From: an uncultured Pseudomonadales bacterium
GTDB lineage: Bacteria > Patescibacteriota > Microgenomatia > UBA1400 > PJMF01
DNA length: 64,000 nt
Direction: 5' to 3'
Assembly: GCA_964645645.1 (NCBI GenBank)
Contig: CAZYBC010000001.1
Span: forward strand, 6,064-70,063
Shown here: piece after piece, positions 29,663 to 40,454 of the stretch
Numbering within the stretch: position 1 is the first letter of the stretch
Layout: each line of letters opens with the position of its first letter
Notes under the pieces: model-generated
The model's database searches: none
What the model was told of the DNA's origin: nothing
What the model saw: only the letters and a program-made list of their open reading frames with translations
Made by a program: the position numbers and the translations under genes

Positions 29663-30683
29663 GCTTTTTTCTACATAATTCAAATAAATGTGTTAACCAA
29701 AAACTCCAATTAACAGGTACGTCTTGAGCTGGTAAATAGAAAACTTCTTCACCGCCAAAACCTTTTTTGAAAACGGTTACACCTGCAAAACGATGATTTT
29801 TTTTGTTGGGAGGAGCAATTCCCCAAAAATTATAACGCAAACATCCTCGTTTTTTAGCTTCATTAATTGCCGCCCACTGACAAGCATAAGCTCCTGGTAA
29901 ATGATCATTAGCCGGAGTAGAGATACCATAATGATAGGCAGCCTGTTGATTATAAAAAATTACAAAAGCACTAGCTAATAATTTACCTTGATAAAAACTA
30001 GAAAAAAGTAAAGCCTTATTATGGCTAGCAAATTCTTTAAATTGCTCAAATAAAAAATTATAGCTAAAAGGCACAAAATGATGCTTTTGAGCTAATTGGA
30101 CTTGATATTGATAAAATTCTTTAATAGCCTTGGGGTCAGTCGTTGTTTTAACTTCTACACCTAATTTTTCTGCTTTTCTAATTTCATAGCGAGTGTTTTT
30201 ACGCATTTGAGCTAACAGTTGTTCTTGGCTTAAACTTAGATCTAATTGTAAAGTTAAATCTGCAGTTAAATGAATTGGTGACTGTACAGCCCCAAGTTTT
30301 TTAACCAAACTTTCTAAAGGTTGAGAAGCCAAAGCCTGAGGGCGAAAACGAATTAAATTACAATGTTCTTGTTTAGCCAAACTTACTAATTGATTAAAAA
30401 TTTCTTTTAGTTGTTCAATACCAATTTTTTCCCAATCTAATAATGGCCCACCGGCAATTGTTAAATAATCACCTCGTTTTGCCACTTCTTTAATTAATAA
30501 AGCTGCGCCAATTTGTTTTTTTGGTTGATTCTGATAAATAGCTAAAGGAAAAACTTTTTTACCAATTTTTTGTTGAAACACTCCCCAATGCCAAGATTGT
30601 AAAAAGTCAGCTTCTTTTCTGGACGTTAGATATTTTTCCCAATTTTTCTGGTCTACTATTTGAATTAAACTGATATTAGACAT
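29649..30683 (-). CDS. FemABX/FemX peptidoglycan bridge aminoacyltransferase
   Basis: FLQSWHWG, RKNTRYEIRKAEK, YNFWG, FKKGFGG. Confidence 0.9.
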   Translation of the reverse strand: MSNISLIQIVDQKNWEKYLTSRKEADFLQSWHWGVFQQKIGKKVFPLAIYQNQPKKQIGAALLIKEVAKRGDYLTIAGGPLLDWEKIGIEQLKEIFNQLVSLAKQEHCNLIRFRPQALASQPLESLVKKLGAVQSPIHLTADLTLQLDLSLSQEQLLAQMRKNTRYEIRKAEKLGVEVKTTTDPKAIKEFYQYQVQLAQKHHFVPFSYNFLFEQFKEFASHNKALLFSSFYQGKLLASAFVIFYNQQAAYHYGISTPANDHLPGAYACQWAAINEAKKRGCLRYNFWGIAPPNKKNHRFAGVTVFKKGFGGEEVFYLPAQDVPVNWSFWLTHLFELCRKKLRRL

Positions 30684-31875
30684 AAAAACTTTCAATTAAC
30701 TGACAAATTTTTTCAGCTTTAGCTGGAGTAATTTCTTGATGAGTAGGTAAATTAATAATTGTTTTAGCTAATTTTTCGGCTTGAGGGCAACTACCAGCTT
30801 GATAAACGCTATGACAAACGCTGCTACCACAATCCACGGCACTACGATACCAACGATCCGCTAAATAAACATGATTTTTAGCCAAAAAATCTAATAAGAT
30901 TTTAGGATTAGCTACTGCAAAAGCAAAGCGCAAATTACTACCATAAGCTAAATCTTTTGGTTTAGTAAGCAAGGTTAATTGAGGAATATTTTGAAGAGTT
31001 TGCCAATAAATTTGAGCTATTTGTTGACGATGTTTTAGTTGCTGATGAACAGTTTGTAATCTTTGACTAATTAAAGGAATCAAAAAATCTGGCAATGGCC
31101 AATAATGTTGATTAAAGGTATATAAAGCATTCTTAAACCACTGAATTTTTTTCAAAAATAAATGTAATAATTTACCTAGACCAATTGCATAACTTGCTCT
31201 AATGAAACAAGTTAAAATTGGATAAGTAGCAATTTTCCAAAGTTCTAAATTAGATAAATATTGCGATGTTAAATTAATTTTTTTAAGTGGCGATTTTTTT
31301 AAAATTACAGCTCCGCCACTTACTGTATCCAAAATTTTATCTCTTCCAAAAGATAATAAAATAGCATCTGCATAAGTACCTAATTTTTGTTCATCCCAAT
31401 CTTTACCGCCAAAACTTTGTGCTAAATCCTCAATTAGTAATAAATTGTTTTTCAAGCAAAATTGTTTAAATTGTTTTGTTGCTAAACTACTTCCCAAACT
31501 ATATTGTAAAATTAAAGCCTTAGCTTGATGTTTTTTTTGTAATTGCTGGATATGAGTTAAATCAGCTTCTAAACTATCAGCCTGCAAATCAAAATACACT
31601 GTTTTAGCACCAACTCTTTTGATTGCTTCTTCTAAAGCAAAACAAGCAAAAGCTTGAGTTAAAACCACATCATCAGCCCCAATGTTATAACTTAACAGAA
31701 TATACTCTAAAGCATCTCTGCCTTTAGCTAATAGAATTGCTTCTCCACCAAAACGTTGAGTTAGCTGATTAAGCAGCTTTACTTTATTGTGTGGCCGGAA
31801 TTGTAATTTTGCTTGCAATGTTTTCCAAGCAAAAGACCAAGTGTAATTAGAACCTAAACTATTAAAAATTATCAT
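30676..31875 (-). CDS. DegT/DnrJ/EryC1/StrS aminotransferase
   Basis: IEDLAQSFG, SFGRDK (PLP lysine), GGA, INLPTH. Confidence 0.88.
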   Translation of the reverse strand: MIIFNSLGSNYTWSFAWKTLQAKLQFRPHNKVKLLNQLTQRFGGEAILLAKGRDALEYILLSYNIGADDVVLTQAFACFALEEAIKRVGAKTVYFDLQADSLEADLTHIQQLQKKHQAKALILQYSLGSSLATKQFKQFCLKNNLLLIEDLAQSFGGKDWDEQKLGTYADAILLSFGRDKILDTVSGGAVILKKSPLKKINLTSQYLSNLELWKIATYPILTCFIRASYAIGLGKLLHLFLKKIQWFKNALYTFNQHYWPLPDFLIPLISQRLQTVHQQLKHRQQIAQIYWQTLQNIPQLTLLTKPKDLAYGSNLRFAFAVANPKILLDFLAKNHVYLADRWYRSAVDCGSSVCHSVYQAGSCPQAEKLAKTIINLPTHQEITPAKAEKICQLIESFYV

Positions 31876-33355
31876 GAGTTACCTTTGCTAAACTAAGTAA
31901 AAATTTATTAATTTTTTTGGACATTCGTCCTTCAATTAAAATAGCTGTTTTAGCTGGAGATTTAGCCAAAACCTGCATTGCTTTTTCTTGATTTTGACTT
32001 AAACGCTTATTAAAAATCTTTTTAAAAACTTCTAAACCATCATTGCCTAAATAATAAACTTGATCTACAAAAGCTGTTGCTGCTTGAGCCAAATCTTGAT
32101 GAAGCTGATTGCTCTGCTCACCTAAATCAATCATGCCATTAGTTAATAAAACAGTTTGATAATTTAACTGTTTAAAATGTTTTAAAATTGCTAAAGCCGC
32201 TTTAAAACCTTTGGGGTTACTACTATAGCTATCATCAATCAGCAAAGCTTGTTGTGCATTTTGTCTTAACTGTACAAAACGTTCTGGAATAACTAAATTT
32301 TCTACTGCTTTAATAAATTGAGTGGATGAAATATTCAATGCTTGGCCAACTTTGATTGCTAAAGCTAATGCTTGTAAATATTGTTTACCTAATAAAGGAG
32401 TTTTAACAATTTTTCCCTGCCAATTAAAACTTAAATAAGCCCGACTATCTAAATGACCAACTAAATCTTTTTGACTATAAGCAATGGGCTGCCTAGCACC
32501 ACCCAACTGGCAGATTTTTAAAACTTGAGGGTCATCGGCATTAGCATAAACTTTGTTTTTATCCTTTACAGCCTTAACTAATTCAGCTTTAGCTTGCAAA
32601 ATAGCGTCAACACTCCCAAATAAGGCTAAATGTTGCGGAGTAAAACCAGTCACAATTGCTAAATCTGGAATAAAATGTTTAGCTAAACGAGCAATTTCTC
32701 CTCGACCATAAGCAGCATATTCTAAAATCATAATTTCTTCACCATGATACAAATTAGCAATGGCTTTAGGAAAACTTAAAAAATTATTAAAAGATTTGGG
32801 GGTAACAAAAACTGAATATCTAGTTTTTAAAACTTCTGCCAAAATAAATTTGCTGGTAGTTTTACCATAACTGCCAGTAATTCCAATAATTAAGGGATGA
32901 TGCTGTTTTAATAATTTTTTTGCTCGCCATAAATAATAAGTGGCAACTAATAATCTGCCTAAAGCTGAAGGCAAACTCGCTACAAATAATAAAAGAGGTA
33001 ATAACTGATACCAAACCAAAGCAGTAATTAAAACTATAAGCCAATTATTAAAATCACTTTGCAAAACTTGCCAAGCAATTAAATCATAAACAAAAAATTT
33101 TATAATGAAAAAAAATCCCAAAACACTTAAAGAGCGCCAAGTTAATTTTGGTCTTTTTAAACCATGATAACTTAGATCTTGAAGACTAGGCCAATATTTA
33201 CGCAATTCTCGTTGCGCTTCTTCAGTTTTTAAAAAAGCTCTTAAACGATCTACCCGATATTCTTTTTGTTGAATAATAGATAAACAACGTAAACTTCGCC
33301 ACAGATAAAGTAAGTTATAAAATAAAAAAATAATTAGAATTACTAAAGTATTCAT
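31862..33355 (-). CDS. murF: Mur ligase, MurF-like, with N-terminal membrane segment
   Basis: GITGSYGKTT, SFNN, IDDSYSSNP, GMIDLG. Confidence 0.82.
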   Translation of the reverse strand: MNTLVILIIFLFYNLLYLWRSLRCLSIIQQKEYRVDRLRAFLKTEEAQRELRKYWPSLQDLSYHGLKRPKLTWRSLSVLGFFFIIKFFVYDLIAWQVLQSDFNNWLIVLITALVWYQLLPLLLFVASLPSALGRLLVATYYLWRAKKLLKQHHPLIIGITGSYGKTTSKFILAEVLKTRYSVFVTPKSFNNFLSFPKAIANLYHGEEIMILEYAAYGRGEIARLAKHFIPDLAIVTGFTPQHLALFGSVDAILQAKAELVKAVKDKNKVYANADDPQVLKICQLGGARQPIAYSQKDLVGHLDSRAYLSFNWQGKIVKTPLLGKQYLQALALAIKVGQALNISSTQFIKAVENLVIPERFVQLRQNAQQALLIDDSYSSNPKGFKAALAILKHFKQLNYQTVLLTNGMIDLGEQSNQLHQDLAQAATAFVDQVYYLGNDGLEVFKKIFNKRLSQNQEKAMQVLAKSPAKTAILIEGRMSKKINKFLLSLAKVTHDNF

Positions 33356-34047
33356 TAAATAAAACTTTCAATTAAATTAGCTACTTGTTCTGGATGTGTA
33401 AACTGAGGAGAATGCTTAGCAGACGCTAGAATTTCCAAACGACTGTGAGCAATTTGTTGATGATAAAAATGTCCCATCCATAAAGGAGTATAAGTATCTC
33501 GTTGACCCCAAATCAATAAAGTGGGACAGCTAATTTTAGACAGATCAGTTTTTACTTCATCAGCTAGTACATTTCTCATTGTTAGCTTCATATTAGGAGA
33601 AGCAACAAAATAATCTTGTTCCCTAGCCAATTTATAAAGAAGCCGCTTTGCTAAAGCTTGATTGGTAAAAATTTTACCGATCTTAGCTAAATAATAAAAA
33701 ATTTGTCTTTTTAGCACTGGCCAAGGTCGATTATTTCTAATACCTGCTGCCCCAATCAAAATTAACTTAGCTACTTTTTCTGGATACAAACTAGTAAAAC
33801 GGCTGGCTAATTGGCCACCAAAAGAATGCCCTAATAAAATCACCTTTTCTTTAGGCAACTGCGTTTTTAACCAATTAACATAATCAGTTAAAGTCCAAAC
33901 GTCACTTAAAGGAGTAGACAAACCAGGGATAGCCAAAAAATGAGTATCAATTTGTTTAGCTTTTAGTAAAGTGCGCAACTTTTGCCATTTAACTTCATTC
34001 TCAGCATCAATTGCCCAACCATGTAAAATGTAGATACTAGTTTTCAT
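33355..34047 (-). CDS. Alpha/beta hydrolase
   Basis: LHGW, GHSFGG, WGQRD, KHSP. Confidence 0.9.
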   Translation of the reverse strand: MKTSIYILHGWAIDAENEVKWQKLRTLLKAKQIDTHFLAIPGLSTPLSDVWTLTDYVNWLKTQLPKEKVILLGHSFGGQLASRFTSLYPEKVAKLILIGAAGIRNNRPWPVLKRQIFYYLAKIGKIFTNQALAKRLLYKLAREQDYFVASPNMKLTMRNVLADEVKTDLSKISCPTLLIWGQRDTYTPLWMGHFYHQQIAHSRLEILASAKHSPQFTHPEQVANLIESFI

Positions 34048-34096
34048 AGATTTTTCTAGTTATATTATCAAGCAGAAAGAGATAAAGCTCAAGCTC

Positions 34097-35587
34097 ATGA
34101 AAAAACAGCTCGTGATTGTTTTTAGTCTTATTATTATCAGTTTAACTTTAAGCTGTCTGAGTTTATTTCTACCTCTATATTTATATACTAAAGATTTAAT
34201 TATCCACAGCCAAAATTGGCAACAAACTTTTTTTCAAAACGACAATAAAGAAAATTTAGCACCAATAATTCTTCAAGATCTAAAATCATTAACAAAACAA
34301 CTTAATTATTTAAAAACTGTTCATCAAATTTTTGGCGGTGATAGCCAAGCCCAATTAGCTATTCAACAACTTTATGATCATTTGACTCAATTACAAACTT
34401 TATTAGATTATTTTTTTTCAGACCAAAAATCCATTTTAGCAGTTTTACAAAATAGCCAAGAAATTAGAGCCACGGGTGGCTTTATGGGCTCTTATGCCCG
34501 AATTGACTTAGAAAATGGACAACTTAAAAACCTAGTTTTTAATGATATTTATGAAGCTGATGGCCATTTTAATGCTTATCAAACACCACCTCCAGGAATC
34601 AAAGAATATTTAGCCAATGGTCAAAGCTGGCGCTTACCAGATAGTAATTGGTCACCAGATTTTCCAACTAGTAGCCAAAAAATTTTACAATTTTTTGCTG
34701 ATTGTAATGAAAAAAATGTTCATAATTTATTAGCTGTTAATCTAAATTTGATGGAAGAATTATTAAAAATTACTGGGCCAATCTACCTTCCTGATTATCA
34801 AATCAATGTAACAGCGGAAAATTTTGCTCAAGTAGCGAGAAGTGAACGCAGCGAATTTTTTCCTGGTACTCAACAAAAAAAATTCTTTTTTACTTTATTT
34901 TTTAATCAATTAAAATTCAAATTAGCTAAACTCAATAAAGACCAGCAACTCGCTGTTATTAATTTAATTATCAAACAAATTGAAAATAAAAATTTACAAT
35001 TTTATTCATCAAACTCACAAATTCAAGAAATTCTGTCTAAGTATCAATTAACTGGGGCCATGACTCAAATTTCTGAGGCTAATTATTTATTTTTAGTAGA
35101 ATCAAATGTGGGCATTAATAAAGCCAACGCTAAAATCGAACGCAACGTTCAACTCAAACTTAATGGTCAACAACTAGACGTTATTATTAATTTTTCTAAT
35201 CAAAATACTGTTCCACCTAAACAAATGGTTATTAATCGCTTTATTTCTAAAGCTGATAATTTAAGCTATGTCAATTATTTTAGAGTCATTTTACCGGCTG
35301 ACGCTTTTTTAAATCAAGCTATGATAGATCAACAAATCGTTACTGACCTCGATGAAAATTTAATTACTAACAGCCAAGGACAACTGTTTAAGCAATATGG
35401 TTTTTTAGTTGTGGTCAGTGAACAAACAAAAAATTCTGTTAATCTAAAAATCACTTATCCAGAAATTAAAACTCAACTTTTTATTCAAAAACAAGCTGGA
35501 TTACCAGCCACTGATTATCAATTACAAACTCCTTGGCAACAACTTGAATTTTCCCTAACTAAGGATAAACTGATACAATTGCAATAA
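34097..35587 (+). CDS. DUF4012-family protein
   Basis: LQNSQEIRATGGF, DSNWSPDFP, N-terminal TM. Confidence 0.82.
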   Translation: MKKQLVIVFSLIIISLTLSCLSLFLPLYLYTKDLIIHSQNWQQTFFQNDNKENLAPIILQDLKSLTKQLNYLKTVHQIFGGDSQAQLAIQQLYDHLTQLQTLLDYFFSDQKSILAVLQNSQEIRATGGFMGSYARIDLENGQLKNLVFNDIYEADGHFNAYQTPPPGIKEYLANGQSWRLPDSNWSPDFPTSSQKILQFFADCNEKNVHNLLAVNLNLMEELLKITGPIYLPDYQINVTAENFAQVARSERSEFFPGTQQKKFFFTLFFNQLKFKLAKLNKDQQLAVINLIIKQIENKNLQFYSSNSQIQEILSKYQLTGAMTQISEANYLFLVESNVGINKANAKIERNVQLKLNGQQLDVIINFSNQNTVPPKQMVINRFISKADNLSYVNYFRVILPADAFLNQAMIDQQIVTDLDENLITNSQGQLFKQYGFLVVVSEQTKNSVNLKITYPEIKTQLFIQKQAGLPATDYQLQTPWQQLEFSLTKDKLIQLQ

Positions 35588-35590
35588 CCC

Positions 35591-36685
35591 ATGACTAATA
35601 TTGATCAAACCACTCTCAACCATCTAATTAAAAAAGCGGAAAGCCTTATTGAAGACGGTCTTTTAATGGAAAAAGTTGAACAACATAAGATTTTACAAGC
35701 ACAAACCCTCGCCCCAGATTTTTGGCAAAAAGTTGATAGCAAACAAATTATGCAAAAAATTGCTCATTTGGAAGATGAGATTGCTCAAATTAAAGAATTA
35801 CAAAAATTACATGATGATATTTTAGCTTTTGAAGAACTTAAAACCCAACTAAATGAAACTGAATTACAAAGTTTAGAATTAGAATTAAGTAAAAACTGTA
35901 CACAGCTAAAAAGATTACTTAAAACTAGAGAATTAAAACAATACTTAGCTGGTAAATTTGATACTAAAGGAGCAATTTTATCAATTCATTCTGGACAAGG
36001 TGGGACTGAAGCCATGGATTGGGCAGAAATTTTATCCAGAATGTATATTCGTTTTTTTGAAAAAAAAGACTGGCCTTATCGCTTTGTTAGTGAATCACGG
36101 GGTGAAGAAGCTGGCATTAAAGAAGTTGTTTTTGAGATTAATGTTCCTTATGCTTATGGTTATCTAAAAAAAGAACAAGGTACTCACCGTTTAGTCAGAC
36201 TCAGCCCTTTTAATGCGGATAGTCTTCGTCAAACCTCCTTTGCTTTAGTAGAAGTTTTACCTTTAATTGATGATGATACTAGCGTAGAAATTAAAGACAG
36301 TGATCTGGCTTGGAATTTTACCAGAGCCGGTGGTGCGGGTGGTCAAAGTGTTAACAAACTCAATACGGCTGTGGAATTAACTCATTTACCCACGGGAATT
36401 GTCGTCAACTGCCGTGAAGAACGTAAACAATCACAAAATAAAGAACGAGCCTTGCAGATTTTGAAAGCTAAATTAGCCGCTTTACAAGAAGAACAACAAG
36501 CTGCTGAATTAGCTCAGGCAAAAGGCAAATATACTCCAGCTAGTTGGGGAACCCAAATTAGAAACTATGTACTTCATCCCTATCAATTAGTAAAAGATAC
36601 TCGCACTAAAATTGAAACTGCCGATACTCAAGGAGTACTGGCTGGAGATTTAGATCAATTTATTGAAGCAGAAATTAAACTTTAG
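35591..36685 (+). CDS. prfB: Peptide chain release factor 2 (no internal frameshift)
   Basis: GGTEA, SPF anticodon-mimic motif, GGQ, WGTQIRNY. Confidence 0.95.
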   Translation: MTNIDQTTLNHLIKKAESLIEDGLLMEKVEQHKILQAQTLAPDFWQKVDSKQIMQKIAHLEDEIAQIKELQKLHDDILAFEELKTQLNETELQSLELELSKNCTQLKRLLKTRELKQYLAGKFDTKGAILSIHSGQGGTEAMDWAEILSRMYIRFFEKKDWPYRFVSESRGEEAGIKEVVFEINVPYAYGYLKKEQGTHRLVRLSPFNADSLRQTSFALVEVLPLIDDDTSVEIKDSDLAWNFTRAGGAGGQSVNKLNTAVELTHLPTGIVVNCREERKQSQNKERALQILKAKLAALQEEQQAAELAQAKGKYTPASWGTQIRNYVLHPYQLVKDTRTKIETADTQGVLAGDLDQFIEAEIKL

Positions 36686-36761
36686 TTAATTTTTATTACC
36701 TTTGCACAATTTATAGCAGTTTGCATTAGCCAGCCACTAAATTTTTTAGTATGATAAATAT

Positions 36762-37340
36762 ATGCAAAAATTAGATTTATCTAACACTCCTAATTTTGAT
36801 AATAACCAAGCTGGTCTTGACGAATCAGCTCAATTCAGTCAAAATCTAAATTCGTCAGTTAATACTGATTCTATTAATCAATCTGGATCTGCAACTATGA
36901 ACCAATCTCAAAAAACTCTCATGATTATTGCTTTAAGTTTAGCTGTTATAGCTGGAACTGCAACTGGTTATGGAGCATACAGATTAAAAAACAAAAACAC
37001 AATTAGTGGCGGAAAAAATTCAATTCAAAAAGTAGCAACTGATAATATTAAAAATGGTGATATTTTTGGTGTTCATGATGAAAAAACTTTTGCAGATAAT
37101 GCTCAAGGCTATTTAGCTAAGGGTGGAGTTGATGGAGAAGGTTCTCACCAATTATTAAGAGCTGGTGGAGTAAGCCAAACTGTTTATTTAACTTCTTCCG
37201 TTACTGATTTAGATAAATTTGTAGGAATGGAAGTCAAGGTTTCTGGTGAAACTTTTAAAGGTCAAAAAGCTGGTTGGTTAATGGATGTTGGCCGTGTAGA
37301 GATTATTAATACTCAGGCCGAAGCTCCAATTGAAGAATAA
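36762..37340 (+). CDS. Conserved hypothetical single-TM protein
   Basis: One TM followed by a small OB-fold-like C-terminal domain. Confidence 0.7.
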   Translation: MQKLDLSNTPNFDNNQAGLDESAQFSQNLNSSVNTDSINQSGSATMNQSQKTLMIIALSLAVIAGTATGYGAYRLKNKNTISGGKNSIQKVATDNIKNGDIFGVHDEKTFADNAQGYLAKGGVDGEGSHQLLRAGGVSQTVYLTSSVTDLDKFVGMEVKVSGETFKGQKAGWLMDVGRVEIINTQAEAPIEE

Positions 37341-37427
37341 TTGATTTTTATTAAAAAACTATTTACAAATTAATAGCAAAATCAAACTTGCTAGTAGTTA
37401 AAAAGAAATGGTTTAATAAACTTGCCT

Positions 37428-38354
37428 ATGTTGAAATTTTCTAATGTTAGTAAAATTTTTGGAAACACGACTGCCCTTGATAATCTTAATTTTGGAGTAG
37501 ATGATCACGACTTTCTTTTAATTACTGGGCCATCTGGGAGCGGTAAAACTACTCTAATGAAATTATTAATTAGAGAATATTTACCTACCAAAGGTGAAAT
37601 TTACTATTTAGGCAATCCTTTAAATAAACTTCCTCGTAGACAAATCCCTCAGCATCGCCGACAAATTGGCGTAGTTTTTCAAGATTATAAATTGTTACCA
37701 GATTATAATATTTGGGAAAATATTGCTTTACCCCTTTATATTGCTAATAAAAGTGAAACCGAAATTGAACAACGGGTAACTGATTTACTAAAATTAGTCA
37801 AATTAACTGATAAAGCTTTGGCCTTTCCTAGTCAGCTTTCTGGCGGAGAAGCCCAACGAATTAGTATTGCTCGTTCTTTAGCAACTGGCCCTAAATTAAT
37901 TTTTGCCGATGAACCAACCGGTAATCTTGACCCAGCCATTAGTCTTGAAATCGCAGAACTATTACAAAAAATTAATCAATTAGGGACTACAGTTTTACTT
38001 GCTACCCATGATCAAGTAATTTTAGACTACCTTAAAAAAACTAGAAAAATTCGTTTAGAAAAAGGCAAATTAGTAGAAGATACACAACCCAAAATAAAAG
38101 TTGAAGAAATTAAACTTGATGATAAACCGCTAGAAAAAAAAGCGGTAGATAAAAAACCTGAACCTAAAAAAAATATTGAGAATAAAGCTGAAACCAAAAA
38201 AATAATTACTACTAAAGAAAACGAAGCTAAAAAACCAATCAATGAACCAGATAAAAAAATAAAAACTGATAAAGAAGAACCTAAGAAAAAAACTAGAGCT
38301 TTTTTAGGTTTTAATAAACTTAGACAACTCTTTGGGAAGAAAAAATCATTATGA
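37428..38354 (+). CDS. ftsE: Cell division ATP-binding protein FtsE with Lys-rich C-terminal extension
   Basis: GPSGSGKTT, VVFQDY, LSGGEAQR, ADEPTGNLD; adjacent to ftsX. Confidence 0.92.
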   Translation: MLKFSNVSKIFGNTTALDNLNFGVDDHDFLLITGPSGSGKTTLMKLLIREYLPTKGEIYYLGNPLNKLPRRQIPQHRRQIGVVFQDYKLLPDYNIWENIALPLYIANKSETEIEQRVTDLLKLVKLTDKALAFPSQLSGGEAQRISIARSLATGPKLIFADEPTGNLDPAISLEIAELLQKINQLGTTVLLATHDQVILDYLKKTRKIRLEKGKLVEDTQPKIKVEEIKLDDKPLEKKAVDKKPEPKKNIENKAETKKIITTKENEAKKPINEPDKKIKTDKEEPKKKTRAFLGFNKLRQLFGKKKSL

Positions 38355-39220
38355 AAGCGCTAAAAACTTCTCTGATTAATATTCGACGAGCTCCTTATCA
38401 AGCTTTTATTGCTATTGTAATGATGACCTTAACCTTTTTTGTTAGTTATTGTCTTTCAATTACTTTAGTAGGGGCTGATCAAATTTTAAAATTTTTTGAA
38501 TCAAGACCTCAAGTAATAGGCTTCTTCCAAATTACCAGCAACCAGACTACGATTGATAATTTTGTTAAAGAAATTAAAACCAAACCTTTTGTCGCTGAAG
38601 TTAAAGTAGTTAGCAAAAATGAAGCTCTAGAATTATATAAAAAAGAAAATCAAGATAATCCGCTACTTTTAGAATTAGTCACGGCTGACATTTTACCAGC
38701 TAGTATAGAAGTCTCAGCTACTGATATTACTCACTTGCCAGATGTTAAAAGTTACCTTGATCAATCAACAGATATCGAAGAAGTAGTTTTACAGCGAGAT
38801 ATTATAGATACCTTAATAAATTGGACAAATTCTATTAGAACCATTGGTTTAGCCATTATTACTGTTTTAGGCATTACCTCTTTCTTTATTGTTACTATTG
38901 TCATTGGTTTTAAAGCTGCTAATCATAAAACAGCCATTGGCATTATGAGTTTAATTGGCGCCACTCCTAGCTATATTGTTATGCCGTTTATGTATGAAGG
39001 CGCAATTTATGCTATGTTAGGTTCTATCTTTGGTTGGCTAGCTATGTATTTGACCTTACTATATACCTCACCTTGGTTACAAAATTTCTTAGGAAATATT
39101 ATTACTTTTCCTCTGCCCAGTGAAATATTTTTAATGCAATTAGGCATTGGCACAGCCACTGGGATCTTCTTTGGTTCTTTAGCTAGCTTAACCGCAGTAA
39201 AAAGAATGATCAAAAAATGA
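38351..39220 (+). CDS. ftsX: Cell division protein FtsX
   Basis: Four-TM topology, LPASIEV, IMSLIGAT...PFMYEG. Confidence 0.92.
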   Translation: MKALKTSLINIRRAPYQAFIAIVMMTLTFFVSYCLSITLVGADQILKFFESRPQVIGFFQITSNQTTIDNFVKEIKTKPFVAEVKVVSKNEALELYKKENQDNPLLLELVTADILPASIEVSATDITHLPDVKSYLDQSTDIEEVVLQRDIIDTLINWTNSIRTIGLAIITVLGITSFFIVTIVIGFKAANHKTAIGIMSLIGATPSYIVMPFMYEGAIYAMLGSIFGWLAMYLTLLYTSPWLQNFLGNIITFPLPSEIFLMQLGIGTATGIFFGSLASLTAVKRMIKK

Positions 39221-40440
39221 GTTTTAAAAAACTAAAAAGTAAACTAGCAATTTTAATCCTAGGACTATTTTTAAGTCTTTTTGATTTTAATGGGTTAAAG
39301 CCTCAATTAGTTTATGCACAAAGTTGCGAAGAAATTCAATGTAATGATAAAGAAAAACTCCTAGAATGTAATCAAGAAAAACAACATTGCTGGGAAGAAA
39401 AAATTTCTCAAACTCAACAAGCCCAAGTAAGTTTAAAAAATACCATTAATATTCTTAATGGCAAAATTAGTTTACAAACTCTCCAAATTGAACAAACCAT
39501 TGCCGAAATTGATCAACTTAACCAAGAAATTACAGAACTATCCCAACGCATTCATGGTTTAAGTTTGTCTTTAGACCGCCTCAGCAGTATTTTAATTGAA
39601 AGAATTCAAGCTACTTATAAACAAAAACAAACCGCTCCTTTATTAGCACTCTTTGCTCAACAATCATTTAATGATTTCGTCACTGAACTTAAATATTTAA
39701 AACTTGCTCAAAATCAAACTGTTTATGCCATGCAACAAGCAGAAACTCAACGCTTAGAATATGATGAACAAAAAACCATTAAAGAAAATAAACAAACTGA
39801 ATTAGAAGCTAAAGAAAATAAATTAAAGCAACAACAAACGCAACTCACTCAACAAAAAGCTGATCAACAGTTTTTACTCACTCAAACCAAAAACAGTGAA
39901 AGTCGCTACCAAGAAGAACTAGCCAAAACTTTAGCAGAGATTCAAGCTATCCAATCGATTATTGCTGGCAATGGCAATGAAAATAAAATCAGAGATGTTA
40001 ATGAAGGAGAAAAAATTGCTAGCATTATAGCCGGAGCCTCAGCTTGTTCTACTGGCACACATTTACACTTTGAAATTGTAAAGGATAAATCTCATACTAA
40101 TCCAGCTAATTTGCTAAAAAATGTTGATGTTACTTGGTATAACAGTCCTGATGGGCCATTTGGCTTTTCAGGTGATTGGAGTTGGCCTATTAACAATCCA
40201 GCTATTGTCACTCAAGGTTATGGCATGACTAGTTTTGCAAGAACCGGCTTTTATGGTGGTGGGCCTCATACTGGGATTGATATGCTTAGTAAATCTCAAA
40301 GTGATTTAAGCATTGTGGCTGTTAAAGGAGGAGAACTTTATCGTGGTAGTATTGCTTGTGGTGGAGGGATGCTCAGATATGTTAAAGTAAAGCATAAAGA
40401 TAGTGACTATAGTACTTATTATTTGCACGTTAATTATTAA
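39217..40440 (+). CDS. Coiled-coil M23 peptidase (EnvC/CwlO-type FtsEX partner)
   Basis: Signal peptide, long coiled coil, STGTHLHFE and HTGID motifs. Confidence 0.85.
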   Translation: MSFKKLKSKLAILILGLFLSLFDFNGLKPQLVYAQSCEEIQCNDKEKLLECNQEKQHCWEEKISQTQQAQVSLKNTINILNGKISLQTLQIEQTIAEIDQLNQEITELSQRIHGLSLSLDRLSSILIERIQATYKQKQTAPLLALFAQQSFNDFVTELKYLKLAQNQTVYAMQQAETQRLEYDEQKTIKENKQTELEAKENKLKQQQTQLTQQKADQQFLLTQTKNSESRYQEELAKTLAEIQAIQSIIAGNGNENKIRDVNEGEKIASIIAGASACSTGTHLHFEIVKDKSHTNPANLLKNVDVTWYNSPDGPFGFSGDWSWPINNPAIVTQGYGMTSFARTGFYGGGPHTGIDMLSKSQSDLSIVAVKGGELYRGSIACGGGMLRYVKVKHKDSDYSTYYLHVNY

Positions 40441-40454
40441 CTTAGAAGAGCAAT

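Noticed and set aside
35650-35670. GGTCTTTTAA at the usual prfB frameshift position
   Set aside because: No in-frame stop; the ORF is continuous.
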